A DNA stretch of 64,000 nucleotides, from NCBI GenBank assembly GCA_965203295.1, contig CBDBCZ010000017.1, forward strand, positions 2,400,001-2,464,000, written 5' to 3'. This DNA is from Nitrospirales bacterium. GTDB taxonomy: Bacteria; Nitrospirota; Nitrospiria; Nitrospirales; UBA8639. A program made the position numbers and the translations under genes. Under the pieces are notes generated by a model. The model made no database searches, was not told where the DNA came from, and worked only from the letters and a program-made list of their open reading frames with translations. Numbering within the stretch: the stretch's first letter is position 1; each line of letters starts with the position of its first letter. Shown one piece after another: positions 1 to 13,872 of the stretch.

Positions 1-939
1 TACATCACTGATTAAAGGTGTGGCCAAAAGACACTGTAGCCGTAGGGAGGGGCTTTCCCTTCGCCAAAGGCCGGCACACACGAGCAAGTCCGCAAAAGCC
101 TATAAATAGGCGTTTCGCTTACATTGTAGACTAATTACACTATGTGTGCCTATATATATATATAATCACGCCACATGCAATCTGTTAGGTGTTTTATAAC
201 TGCTGCAATAAACATGCTTATTACATTTCTGTGCTTTTAAGTCCCTCTGCTAGAGGGAGATACAGGTTAGACTCTGTGTAGTGATCAATCTGCCTTTCTG
301 TAGATTGATGAAAGTACACCTTCAACAGGGGACCTGGTTGCTGGTAGCAGTCTCACTCGGGAACAGTGCCAGCTAATAAGAGAGACTACCCAACAACTCC
401 TCAGCAGAGGTTAGCAACTTCCATCTGTTGTGTACAACATAGCACATGCACACATGTGAAAGTTTGTGGTCATTTGTAAATGGTCTATGTCATATGGAGG
501 ACAGTGTAGGAATTGTTTTACGAATTTGAGAACTCTACAAACACTGAGGCCTCAACAGAGGGCTTTATGGCAGCAGCTTGCAGCAAGCCTTTGAACACTG
601 TTTAATTCAGTAGTGTGCGTTAAGCTGAATAATGTTCACCTTTTCAGCTTCTAGTTATTTGTATACCTCCTCATGAATTGCAACCTTGCCAAGGCCCTCT
701 GATGAGTCAATAGAAAAAACTACGTGTTTTGATTGTTTTCCAAATATGCCATTGTTTCTGAACTAATTTTTGAGCATCACCGGATGGATGTAGATACACT
801 CTCAGTAAACAACTGAGATGTTAAGTAGTAGCTGATGATTGGCCGCCATGTGTGTTTGGGTGTGCTAGTGCTATACATATTACTGGAAGTGGGTGAGGCC
901 TGCAATCAATACTACAAACCCTTCACACTTTGAGTTGAA

Positions 940-1072
940 AGTTTTCACTAATTTGTGTACATTGTAACAGACATGTAGGTATAATATACCTACATGTCTG
1001 TTACAATGTACACAAATTAGTGAAAACTAAAAGTGGAAAATGTACATATATTATATGTACATTTTCCACTTT
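940..1072. repeat. Two adjacent perfect palindromes
   Basis: 44-bp arms 940-983/985-1028 and 21-bp arms 1030-1050/1052-1072, each with a 1-nt loop. Confidence 0.95.
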
Positions 1073-1357
1073 GGGAATCAAACATTAAACCATGAAGGGT
1101 AGAACCATTTACCTCTAATTATTCGGTTTTTCTAATCATCTGAATGCATTACTGTGTTTGCTCTGATTCACCTATAAATCATATTTTAACCATTCTATAA
1201 TTACACAATAGACATTGCTATAACACTTCAACCGAACGCTGCCTACTTTTGTCGCAGTGTCCACTCATTGTGAACCCATCCATTCGCTGATTGAACCAAG
1301 TATTCAGTAGAGGCAACGAATGCTCATTGAACCACTGTCTGAGCACTGCCATTTCCT

Positions 1358-1482
1358 GACTGAACATAGCTGTTCGCTGACGGAACACTGCTGTTTATCA
1401 CCCAAATACAGTGTTCATGTACCCAACACAACCGTCACCAACTAAACACAGCCTTTCACCAACTGAACACAGCTGTTTGTGA
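1358..1482. repeat. Degenerate ~21-bp tandem repeat
   Basis: About six units of ACTGAACACAGCTGTT-like sequence (gactgaacatagctgttc, gacggaacactgctgttt, actaaacacagcctttc, actgaacacagctgttt). Confidence 0.6.
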
Positions 1483-3836
1483 ACTAGCGCTCGCTTGCCG
1501 ATTGCTGCTGATCTTTTACGTAGATGTGACACATTCCATAGCAAACTGCTCTAATTTGCCCAATGCTTAAAAATTTTTATTGTATTCCAATTGACAAAAG
1601 TTGTCAAAAGGAATGTTTTTGGCTATATGGAAAAACTTCATCGAAATGAGGTGACATGTGCAACTTATTTCATCATAATTATAAATATACCCACTCCACT
1701 GTTCGATACTTGTGATACTGTGGTTCTCAAGATTATTGGTTGTGTCTTTCAATTTTTTTGTTTTTGCTTCAGCCACATACAGCAAGACCTGCAGCTTAAA
1801 AGTGCTTGCAGTACTTCCTCAACACGTTGGGAAAACTCTTAAGCTCAGAGGGTTTCAGCAAGCATGTGTGAGTGCCCATCACTGATTGCCAAATTGTATA
1901 TCTGAATAGCGAGAAGATTTATTTTATTTTCCCACTATTCGATATATAATCATTGAGGTCTTAAGTTCTGTGCAGTAGAATGCTTTCAGTACAAGGGCGT
2001 AACTGGAAAATACTCCATGTACTCAATTGTTAACAGCCAGACTTTGATCTAAACAACCAAATCAAATTTCAATTAACACCGTTTCTGTGATGACATTAAT
2101 TTACAATCAGTGAAAAAGCTGCTAATGGCGCTATCACAACCTGGATAGCAAAACAAACTACCACATGGCTTTGTGGGATTAAAAGACTCTTTTCCTGCAA
2201 TCATTGCTAGATAAGGACAACTAAACATGTCATAAATCCAAAACAAGAGCATCACTGTATAAGTGCAGAACAAAGGGCACAGTATTGGATGGCACAATCA
2301 GGGTAACTACGTGTATGCTTTTCCCAACTACTAACTGCTCTACAGTTGAGCAAACTACTGTATAGTCATGGATTTTCCCACTAGTATTTTTACCAGCTGG
2401 CCAGTTCTTATACATACATCGTGTATATCTGGTTTATACAGTATATACGTATATGTATTTATGAGGCATTTTTATTATGCTGTAAGCATAGTTCTTCTCC
2501 ATTGTCATAGGTTGATGGCTGTGACAATGTACGTGTGGCATTAGTGTCCACCATTCCTGCTGTTCTGACATCTGTAGAGAAAGAAATGACATCGACACTG
2601 TTTGCATCTGTAATGTAAAGCTGATATGGGAAGCAGATGAGAAGAAATTCTTGTGTAGTTAGTGACTGCATGCATGGACCCTACTTAGGAGCAAGACACG
2701 TCATCAAAATATGAATAATCTCTCAGGAGAATAGTAATTTGACTCATATGTTTTCAAGTTTATTTTAGGTGGCCCAATTGTACTACGTATATCTGATACA
2801 TTCCATTTATGCTCCTTGCTGAGATGGTATGCGTAATATATATTTTTCTTTCTCTCCAGTAATATAAAATAGGAAACTAGCGAACTGCAGCTGATTTTAG
2901 CCAAGGAGCTACCCAGCGTTGTGTCTGCAGTGTCAAGACAGGATGTGCCACGGTACTGAGGTGCAGTGTAATGTTTCAGAGCTGTAGTTTTAATTTAGAA
3001 TTTAGAACGGGTGAGTTTTTAATCTCTCTCTTGCCACTTTATTGTAGTCATGTTCACTATAGGGTTGTAGGTGAGTGATTGCCTCCATAGAGCCCTAACA
3101 TTATTCAAGCAGAAACTTTATACACTCTCAAGTTATCACATTTTATTCCATAGGGACAGTGTAATTTGGCAAGTTTACGTAGACTCATAGAATATGAGAC
3201 AGTAACTGTTGATAATTTTAAAATGTGACATAAGTATTGCATAATCCTTACATTTATGTGATGCCCTTGCAGATGACTCTTCTGTGATTAGTTCCCCTTG
3301 CATAACCTTGTTCACCAATGAGTGTCAGCAAGTTCGGAATGCTATCAGGTACTACATGTACATAATCATAGCTTCACTTGACATACGTAGTATCTTTTGA
3401 TCTAAGCCTGTGTATGTACATTCTGCAAGGTAGCAGTATAACAAGAAATGGAATATTTTAATGTTAATACAAACTATATTTGTCGGATTATAAACTATTT
3501 GTAGGTATGTATCTTTTAAATGTCAAGTGTATTATTTATAGCTGTTTTTCTTCACAGGTTCACAGAATAGCAAAAGCTCATACACTAACCCCTGGGAAGA
3601 TGCTGTCCCTGTTCAAGGACAATGTTTGTCAGGTGCATTAAATTGTAGGCCTTGTCTGCTATTGGATATGACCTTAACTGGGAATCTTGGTACATGTTTT
3701 GCAGTTTCTTGTGGAGGTACTACATCAGAAGAAGGGTTTCATTTTGAAGGCAGACAAAAAAGGGCCATTCTTTCAGGTGCGTGTGTAGACTTCCTCATGT
3801 TGTGAAATGGCATGATGCACAGCGCGCGAATGGCTG

Positions 3837-4210
3837 GTACTAAGATTGCTTTACGTTTTCTGTCTGTTTGTTTGTTTGTTTGTCTGTTTGTGTGTTCGCA
3901 CTTATCGCATGCGCCATATATTGCATCATACGTTACTATGCAACTGCAGCTTTTGGAGGTTTGCAGGCCAAGCTACAGCAAATGAAGGTAGTTTTGTGTT
4001 GCCTAGATGGTGAAAACGTGGTAGGTATCCGTAAAGATCCTGGTTTCTTGGCACATAGCTACTAACTGGAGGTGCATGATGAAACTGCTGAGTCAGCACT
4101 TTCACTGTACCACTCTAAGAATATAGTATCTCCGGCTCTACAGCTGTAGTTAAATAGCTTGGCCTAAGCTGAGTTGTGTGTATTGTACGGAAAAGGCGTC
4201 CGGCTGTTTT
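3837..4210 (+). mobile_element. Short interspersed element (~370 bp) with TGTT microsatellite; second copy inverted at ~47950-48340
   Basis: gtactaagattgctttacgtttt...ggcgtccggctg aligns along its length with the reverse complement of 47950-48340; ORFs 3868+ and 48099- are paralogous readings of it. Confidence 0.75.
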
Positions 4211-6627
4211 TTTTTAGACATGAACTATCAGACTTGTTTTTGTTTTTAGAATTGGTTTAGGGCATTTTTTTTGTACGTGGGTTGTTATATCTGAAATTGG
4301 AATACTACAATAAATTAATTAGCGGCAGTAATTGAACAAAACAGTGATACACACACCCCAGGTAACAAATCAATAACAAGGTTTAGCTGTCTACATTATA
4401 TTCCAAAGCTGCTTTTTCTATGCTATTTGTAGTCTGTTCTTGATAATAGCCATTTTGTAAACCTTCATAACTTCTTGACAGCATACTGAAATAAATCTTC
4501 CTCGGTATTAAATCTTGAAAATTTACTGTTAGTGTGCTGCATCAAGTACATTTATTGAACTTATATTGACAGTGAATATAATCTCTTATCCAGAGTCCAA
4601 GATCACTACTTGTGGAGTGTTTTAAATACATCTTTTTGCATCTCGTTTGTAATGGGCAGCAAACAGACCTCAACATTGCATCCAGATTTTTGAAGGTTTT
4701 GCAGACGTGTGTACATGTATATGTGTATGTGAGTGTACGTATGTGTATAGCCTTTGATTATCAGTTATATAAATAAAACCAGAGCATATTAGTAGAGCTC
4801 AGGTATTGTAAATGTTTTGAATACAGAAAGGGAAAGTTAATTTGTAACATAGTTTGACACCCATCTTCCACTTTCAGTCTGAGGGAGACTTTGAGATGAC
4901 CACTCTGCTTCGATCAGATATGAAGAATGTCCTCAATCTTCTACTACTCCACTTGAGCACTCACAGGGAGAGAGTACTGGCTGGGATAAAGATGCTTGCA
5001 GAGATTAACCAGTTGGCTAGAGAGGAGAAGCCACTGCAAATGGACAGTGAGAAGCAGATGGTGAGTTAGGATAACATTGCATTGTCTTGACTATGCCATC
5101 AGTGGAAGTGGTGTAGGAATAGCCTCATTCCCAGGCCTCCGCACAGCTTTTATCGCTTGCAGTACAAAAAGCGTGGAAGGTCTGGAATATTTTATCATGT
5201 GAATGACGTTGAGGGTAGAGAGAGGGTAGCTTAGAGAGACTTTAATTGAATGTGGGCGAAACTATAGCAACGTGCCCACGCAGAGCCAATTTATCAAGAA
5301 GAGTCACACTTCTGGCAGTGTGACAAACAGGTAAGTATAGAAAAGCGCTTAATAAAAGCCTGGTTGTTACTACATATATGGTACTTTGTGATAAAGTGCG
5401 CTCAAATTGCTCATTGAGGCCATCATAACAATAAGTTGTTAGAGTGTTCCAACGGTTGAAACTGAGTATTCATGATAACATTGCAATCTTTTTTCCTAAT
5501 TCCATGCGCGTGACGTCACATCCGTGACGGACAGGCGAACTACATATTGATGTATCTCATAACTGTGTTACCACATGCAACTCTGTATGTATTAAACAAT
5601 TATTTGGGCTGTACTTATTTAATGGCAGCTTAATTGAGCTGATGAAAGTAATGGGACCATGCATGGCTGGGATAAAGATGCTTAGTTGCCACTATTTTCC
5701 TTTTCCAGCCTTCACCAGCAACTACAACATGTCCTAAAAGGGTCATGCCATGAGCTTTCTGATGTCAGAATGGATGCATTGAAAGCACTACACAGACTGT
5801 TGAGATTCAATCGAGTTAGTGCAGTAATTATTTATTTGTATGTGAACTGTACATACTGTTCGTGTTCATGTAAACTTTAAAACAATTCCTGCTCTGTTTA
5901 TGCAGGCGGAGTTGGAGAAGTGCATGGTAGGAAGTGACACTGTTGATACAATCATTACAGAGATTGCAACAACAGTAAGTTGATTTCGCTTCATGAAGAA
6001 GTGAAATTATGTCTATCTGACGTAGTCCATACTCAACATTTTGTTCTTAAAATTGCTGCTTTGTCCTCAGTTTCTAAAGGTCTGCGAGGCACTAGTTTTG
6101 AGCTTCGAGAAGAGTTTGGGAAGTGTCTAGGAGAACTTGGAGCTGTTGGTCCCGAAAAGTATGTGCTGGTATACCACACTTTTGTCATACAATTCTGTAT
6201 GCTAAGTCAGTGTTGTACTAACTTGCAACTGTCCGAGGAGTAACATTTGTATCCAATACTGTCCTATTCTCAGAGACGTAATTTCTCTGACCATATTTAG
6301 ATTAGTATTATATCACATTTATGTGGGTGGGTATGTTTTCGGATTATGTACTTGCGAGCATCCTGTTAACTACCTGCCCCTTACTTGCTTTTGCTTGTGT
6401 GCTTGCTGTACTTCCCCAGGCTGGATATTCATTCCCATGGTGTCAACTTCGAAGACTGTGAAGTACTTTGAGGTATACATCTTGCTTACTAGTGATTTCT
6501 ATTAGCCTCGTACTCAGCTATTAAATTTAGGCAGAAGGGCTTGATGTGAGGTTTAGCCGAGTACAGTGGTGCTGTGGAGGTCTGGGTTATTTTGTAGTGT
6601 GGGGTGTTGTGTTTTGTGAAGTATGTA

Positions 6628-7124
6628 CCGTAAACTACGTATTATCCGCCCATGATGTATTATCCGCCCATCCCCCTTTTTGAGTCAAAGTTACGTCGGA
6701 GGGTATTTATGTACTTAGTATCCGCCCACCCTTAAACACCATCCATGCGAGCTAAACATGCAACTAACAACTGAAAATTCCAAAACAACGAGCAGAATCA
6801 AACGACAAAACTCGATCTTCAGTGCGCTTTAATTGGAATACCGACGGTAAGTCCGTCAGCCACTTCACTTTTTAGCGGATAATAGTAGTCTGCATGCTTC
6901 TATAATAGGTAGTTCAATACAATTTGCATTCACTGTGGGGCGGTACTTGTCTAGAAAAGCTATACTTACCTTGTATACTCGCTTTGCATACCGCGCGTTT
7001 GGAATGCGTTCGAGTGGGCGGATACTACATCGTATTTATAAAAACTATGTATTATCCGCCCACCCCCCTCTTTCAGCTTGCACTTAAGTGGCCCGCCCAT
7101 GGGCGGATAATACGTACTTTACGG
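6628..7124. mobile_element. Non-autonomous TA-target MITE (Tc1/mariner-pogo type)
   Basis: 26-bp TIR ccgtaaa(c/g)tacgtattatccgcccat with 1 mismatch; TA at 6626-27 and 7125-26; internal repeats of tattatccgccca. Confidence 0.9.
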
Positions 7125-7699
7125 TAATCGTTATGGATGAGGATGTGAGGGTGGTTGTGGGATGGTGAGTGGTGGTGATGATTGTGGATGGTGGTGTGTG
7201 TTGAAGGGTGTTGTGTAAGGGGGTGTGGTACGGTTTGTGGTGGGTGTGGTTGGAAAGATGTAGGGATGGTAGGTATGCGGTAAATGCATCGCACTGTGAT
7301 ATGTGCGTAGTCTGTGCATGCCTTCTGGTGTTTGTTTTGTTGTTTTTTGGGGGAGTGTAAAGGTATGTCGTGTACTCACATTGATGAGTGAACTAATGTC
7401 CTTGCAGTTACTGTGATCTGAGGACTGTTCAACAGCATGTGTACACTGTGCTATAAATATATGTACCAAGCAAGTCAACGCCGAAGCTTTGAAGTTATTT
7501 GTTCATGTATTGATTATTATCACGTGCATATCAGTCTATTGGTATCACTGCACATCTATGATTATACCAGGCTGAGATCGTTTCTTTAATGTGGGATCCA
7601 GATGCAATGATGCTACTGCAACAATTATACTGTAACGGTCATTGTAGCTACTTGTCACTCAGACTCCCCCTACATTGCCCTGCATTTGCTAGCACTGCC

Positions 7700-9371
<1,672 letters not shown>

Positions 9372-9550
9372 GTTTGTACCATTTATTTACCTGCCACCCG
9401 GCTTAGTCCTTTTGTATCTTTAGTTTGAAACACTTTAGTTAACATGTAAATGCACTGTACACATTCTTTTGTAATTGTAATGTATAGCTATTTGCAATTG
9501 CTGTACAGGTGTCGCTATAGCATTAGTTTTGGAGCCACCCTAGCATTCAT

Positions 9551-9980
9551 AAATTCAAACACAATGACGTAGCATAAAAAGGCATTGAAAATCCGGTGCA
9601 TGCGTCTTGTCAGAAACGCTTACAAAGAGCAGAAACACTCTCAAAATTTAAACACGATGATTTAGCATGTAAAGGGTAACTAACAGTAAATGAAGTCGAG
9701 AAACACAGCCTTAATACTAAAACTCAAGACTAACAATGAATAGAATATCTCCCCAAATTCATACACAATGATTAAGCATATAAAGATATTGAAAATGTAG
9801 ACAGAGTGTCTATGTTGTCAAAAACGCTTACAATGACCAGAAACATTCCCGAAATTCAAATACTACAATGATTTAACATAATCATAAAGGTCATAAAAGG
9901 CAGTGTATACATCTTGTCAGTAAGGCTCACAACGAGCACAAACGTCCCGGAAATTCAAGCACAATGATTGAGCATATTGA
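9551..9980. repeat. Five degenerate ~100-bp tandem units
   Basis: Core aaattcaaacacaatga(t/c)..agcat recurs at ~9551, 9644, 9755, 9852 and 9951, often with ttgtca.aaacgcttacaa..gaaacact. Confidence 0.7.
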
Positions 9981-10012
9981 TGTTATTGTAAATGCAGCGT
10001 TACTTAATAGGT

Positions 10013-10119
10013 AAAACGCGGTAGCCAGGGATTTATGGTCCATAAACTGCCCTAGCCCGAGGGCGAAGCCCGAGGACGAGGGCTGTTTATGGCCATAAAT
10101 CCCTGGCAACCGCGGTTTA
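10013..10119. repeat. Imperfect ~105-bp hairpin with internal gggcGAAgccc stem
   Basis: cgcggtagccagggatttatgg...ccataaatccctggcaaccgcg. Confidence 0.8.
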
Positions 10120-10736
10120 TCTGTTATATTCTTAAGCGGATTGGTTCTTTGGGTGCATGGTAACCGACGCTTAGCTACAGTACTACAGTATATATCGCTC
10201 TGTGCGGTTCTCCGACTTGTCTTGGTTTACTTGATCCACTCAGCCGCCTATTTTTCTTCAGGATCACCACGGAGACCAGTGATCTGGATGAAGTCATTGA
10301 TGAGCTGTATAAAGGAATATACAAATGAATTTTTAGGTGGATTTATTTTATTTTGTAACATATGAGGCATCAATGCTAAGGGTATAGCCTTGTTCCCAGG
10401 CTCAACTAAATAACTTATTCTCACATAGCACACGACCATAGCCAGGGTGTAGGCCTGGGGCATCTCGAAATGATAACCGTACACTCCCTATCATAGTTTC
10501 ATTTTTGTTCTGTTTTTTTTTTTTTTTTTTTTTTGGGGGGGGGGGGGGTGGGGGTTCAGGTTGTGTCAATAAAAATTGTAGTTGCAGGAGCAAGTTCTGC
10601 TGCATTCACGTTATTTCAGCATGGCCAGCCACGACAGACTGCTAGCTTGTTTGGAGAAATACTGTCTTTATAGAGCTAGTTTGTTCACAGAAATCTCGTA
10701 GACTGTTGTATACAATTTAGAATGGTCACACAGCAT

Positions 10737-10771
<35 letters not shown>

Positions 10772-11245
10772 GAAACAGAAACACTTAGTGACAAATGGGG
10801 TTGCCTGTGAACTTATTGGGTATTTGCAGTGATTGAAAATCTTCGCCTGTACAATCTCATTCCGGGTCAAGCTGTTCAGCTGTTTCTCCTTTAGCGCCAG
10901 CATTGTCCTCTCAGAGTACCGAGTGGGAATCTCAAATGTGACTTTCCAGAGCACTTGCTGGTCACACACATTTGTTGCCACCTCCCAAAATATGCCCCAA
11001 AACAAGTTACAGAAAAAGCAGGTAGGGATGGTAGCTACGCATTGCGCTGTGATGTGCGGGTGTATGTGCATGTGTTGTGGTGTGCATTGCTGCTTGTTTC
11101 ATTGGTTTTTGGGGAAGCGTTTTTTGGTGGAAGTGCATCCCTACATGACTAGTTTTTGCACTTTTTGGCAAAGTGCTAGCAAATGCAGGGCAATGTAGGG
11201 GGAGTCTGAGGGACAAGTAGCTAGCTACAATGACCGTTACGGTAT

Positions 11246-11585
11246 TGTAACGGAGGTCTCCTCCAGCAGTATTTAGCCTTGGGCTGAAGTCGAAGATTGA
11301 CTCGATTGTAGACAGTATGGCTGTTGTGAGCTGTTGTGCATTCTTGTGTTGTCAATGTTTCTGGGCATTCTTCTGTTGTTCATGTCTGCCAGCATTGTGT
11401 TTCTGTCCACCAGCCTGCATTTCTTTCTGGTACATTCTTTCGTTGTCATGCTAAACTCTATAAAAGCAGTCCATTTTTCTGTAAGATGTTGTTGATCCAT
11501 TACTGTTGCCAAAAAGTCTGTCATCTCTGTTCTGCGCTGCGTGCTCGCTGCTACGGCGAAGTTATAACCCGCGGGGTTCGCTACA
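11246..11585 (+). mobile_element. 5' LTR of a Ty3/Gypsy retrotransposon
   Basis: Starts TGTAAC, ends GCTACA (TG..CA); followed 2 nt later by a PBS and then gag. Confidence 0.85.
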
Positions 11586-11587
11586 AT

Positions 11588-11611
11588 TGGTGTCAGGTCC
11601 TGGAGTGGGAT
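11588..11611 (+). promoter_or_regulatory. Primer-binding site, tRNA-Leu type, with a 6-nt insertion
   Basis: tggtgtcagg-tcctgg-agtgggat versus the tRNA-Leu complement TGGTGTCAGGAGTGGGAT. Confidence 0.7.
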
Positions 11612-11616
11612 AGCAG

Positions 11617-13003
11617 ATGAGCACGAGAGCAGCCACTAGACAGCAGGAGCTGGAAGAACAGCTGGCGAAGCTCATCGGCATGATGGGGCAGCAACAAGAG
11701 CGCCAGGAGCAGCAGCAAGAGCGGCAGGAGGCGAAGCTCATCGGCATGATGGAACAACAACAAGAGCGCCAGGAGCAGCACCAGGAGCGGCAGGAGGCGA
11801 AGCTCATCGGCATGATGGAGCAACAGCGGGAGCGACAGGAGCAGCTCGCGAGTGAGCAGCGGCAGTGGCAAAAGGAGCTGGCCCATCAGCAGGAGCAGCA
11901 GCTGGAGCAGCTGGTAGAAAAGCAATGGAAAGTACTGGAAAAGAAGCAGCTGGAGGCGGAGCAGCAAGTGGAAGCTCTTCAGTACGATCTGGGGCGTACC
12001 AAGGATGCCGTGGAGGGCAGATTCCAGACGGCCGAAGGCTGGCTAGCAGAGCTGCAAACCTCGCATCGAGTGCTGGCCGAGGAGATGCGGGAAAGCCAGG
12101 CCTCTTTGAGGGAGGAAGTACAGACAAAGCTGGAGACCCTTCAGAGCGTCGAGAAGAAGTCGTCAGGAACAACGCTCTCTCCGTCGTTGCGCGCATCTGC
12201 AGTCGAGCTCGAGGAGACGCGGACAAGTCAGGCATCTGTGAAACAGGAACGGCAGACGAAGCCGGAGAGTTCTGAGGAGAAGCCGACGGGGAGCGCGTCC
12301 TCTCCTCCCTTGCGGGCATCTGCAGTGGAGTTTATTCCTACTGTGAATTCTTTCCTTGCAGGGGCAGATGACGGCATACATCGAACCTGTACGGGAGGTG
12401 GGGTTCTGCAGCGACCACCACCGTACGACGGGCGTTCATCTCGGGAGGCCTACCGGGCCCAATTCGAGATGTTGAGCCAGCTGAACCACTGGACAGAGAC
12501 AGAGAAGGCCACACTACTGGCGGTGAGCCTAAGAGGAGCGGCCCTGACTGTCTTGTCCAATCTCAAGAGTGAACGTCGCGGTGACTATAGAGCCTTGGTC
12601 ATCGCCATGGAGAAGTGCTTTGGAGCCGACCAGATTCACTCCGACAGGCCCTGGAGACTGCACTTGAACTGGAATCCTACCAGTTAGCAAGCAGGCAGCG
12701 TTCAAGGGCGGTTCGTGAAGTTCAGCTGCTACCAGACCATGACAGTGGCACTCCACCACATCACAAAGAAAGAGTAATTTCGGCGACAGAATACAGAAGT
12801 TCTTCTTCAAGGACCAAGAAGTTCTCAACTGAGAAAGAAATCACGAGGATTCGGTGAAGCATCATCGATATCCCTTCCAAAAGCGATACACCTGTTGGAA
12901 TTGTGGTGAGCAGGGGCACATGCGACGTGATTGCAAGCGACCAAGCAGTGGGACTTCTGATGGTGTGGGTGACGGTCAGCAGAACCAGGGAAACGAGCAG
13001 TAG
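11617..13003 (+). pseudogene. gag: Gypsy gag (Q/E coiled coil, capsid-like region, CCHC zinc knuckle), frameshifted
   Basis: 356-aa ORF with RPPPYDGRSSREAYRAQFE..NHWTETEKA..LRGAAL. After frameshifts, LRQALETALELE and the knuckle CWNCGEQGHMRRDC at 12893-12934; stop TAG at 13001-13003. Confidence 0.9.
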
Positions 13004-13030
13004 CCGAGCTTGCGGGGCAAAGCTCGGCTA
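12988..13030 (+). promoter_or_regulatory. Putative -1 programmed ribosomal frameshift signal
   Basis: Slippery heptamer G GGA AAC at 12988-12994, 6-nt spacer, then 11-bp stem tagccgagctt...aagctcggcta. Confidence 0.7.
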
Positions 13031-13039
13031 CGTATTCTA

Positions 13040-13872
13040 CCCAAGCCCCAACTGATATAGTTTAAAACTGGAACCCTATATGGTCCTGACAACCTGGCAG
13101 TACCAGGGAAAGTGGAGGGTCGCAATTGTCAAATTACAATTGATACAGGAAGCAACATTTCCATTGTAAGACCAGACGTGTTACCCGAGAAAAAGCAGAG
13201 CGAAATACAACCAATCAACCAATGCATCCGCACCGTTACTGGGGAGAAAGCTCCCACCCGGGGAAAAGGCAATCTTCGTCTCAGAATTGGATCCACAGAA
13301 ATAGTACACCCTAGCTACATGGATTGCTGACATCCAAGACGAATGTATTCTGGGCTTAGATTTCCTAGAGCCTCATGAATGTCTAGTGAACCTGAGGAAT
13401 GGTACACTCCAGGTGGGTGAGGAGGAAATTCCACTGCAAAAGCCTGCCGTGGTGACTACATTGACGCCATGTAGAGCAGTCTTGGAGACCACTGTGATCT
13501 TACCACCTCAATCGGAATGTGTTGTACCTGCAAAAATGGATGACCAGTGGAAGCACAAGCCAAGGTGGGGAATTATGGAAGCTGGAACCAGAAACAAGGA
13601 AGCAGAAAGTGCCCTGGAAGGCTTGTTGGTTGCCCGAACTCTGGTAGACCTACATCAACCTACCACAGTCGTGAGAATGATGAATCTAACTGGCCAGAAA
13701 CGCAAAGTCAAGAAGGGAACAGAAATTGCAAGATGTGAGCAAGTTGCAAGTGTTGTTCTGCAACAAAAGGAAATTGCAAAGGCAGAATCTGAAATGCTAC
13801 ACCTCCCTGAGCATTTGAAAGAGTTGTATATGCGGAGCAGCCATGGGCTAACAAAGGATCAATGCCAGCAGA
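13040..13872 (+). pseudogene. pol: Gypsy pol 5' part: aspartic protease and linker, truncated before RT
   Basis: ITIDTGSNISIV (DTG active site), then ILGLDFL after a frameshift and VILPPQSECVV; breaks at LTKDQCQQ into the FHAD1 repeat unit. Confidence 0.85.

Larger units (their letters stand above)
304..6472 (+). pseudogene. ATR: Internal fragment of serine/threonine kinase ATR (HEAT/UME region), spliced, frameshifted and missing exons
   Basis: GT-AG exons 3558-3632 (VHRIAKAHTLTPGKMLSLFKDNVCQ), 3705-3776 (FLVEVLH..), 4594-4695 (LLVECFKYIFLHLVC), 4878-5060 (EMTTLLRSDMKNVLNLLLLHL), ~5629-5660 (LIELMKVMGP), 5709-5814 (HELSDVRMDAL), 5906-5974 (SDTVDTII), 6071-6158 (GKCLGELGAVGP) and 6420-6472. 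They match, in order, recalled human ATR motifs FLVESLH, FKYIFSHLVC, LMSLMKLMGP, HENVDVRIHAL, SETVEPII and GECLGELGAIDP. There is a 1-nt deletion near 6077 and a frameshift/stop in the 6420 exon. Exons 304-409 and 3273-3348 are weaker. No FAT or kinase exons follow. Confidence 0.85.

Noticed and set aside
699..722. Hammerhead ribozyme-like ctgatgagtc-aata-ga..aaac
   Set aside because: The required CGAAA core is absent (gaaaaaac) and no stems I/III could be formed.
1560..2950. Possible DIRS-like remnant on the - strand (LYSDA, IAGKE, ITSIEQW)
   Set aside because: Motifs are too short, in different frames and in unexpected order; needs a profile search.
11273..12381. Antisense and overlapping ORFs in the LTR and gag
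   Set aside because: Shadow frames of GC-rich, repetitive gag sequence.
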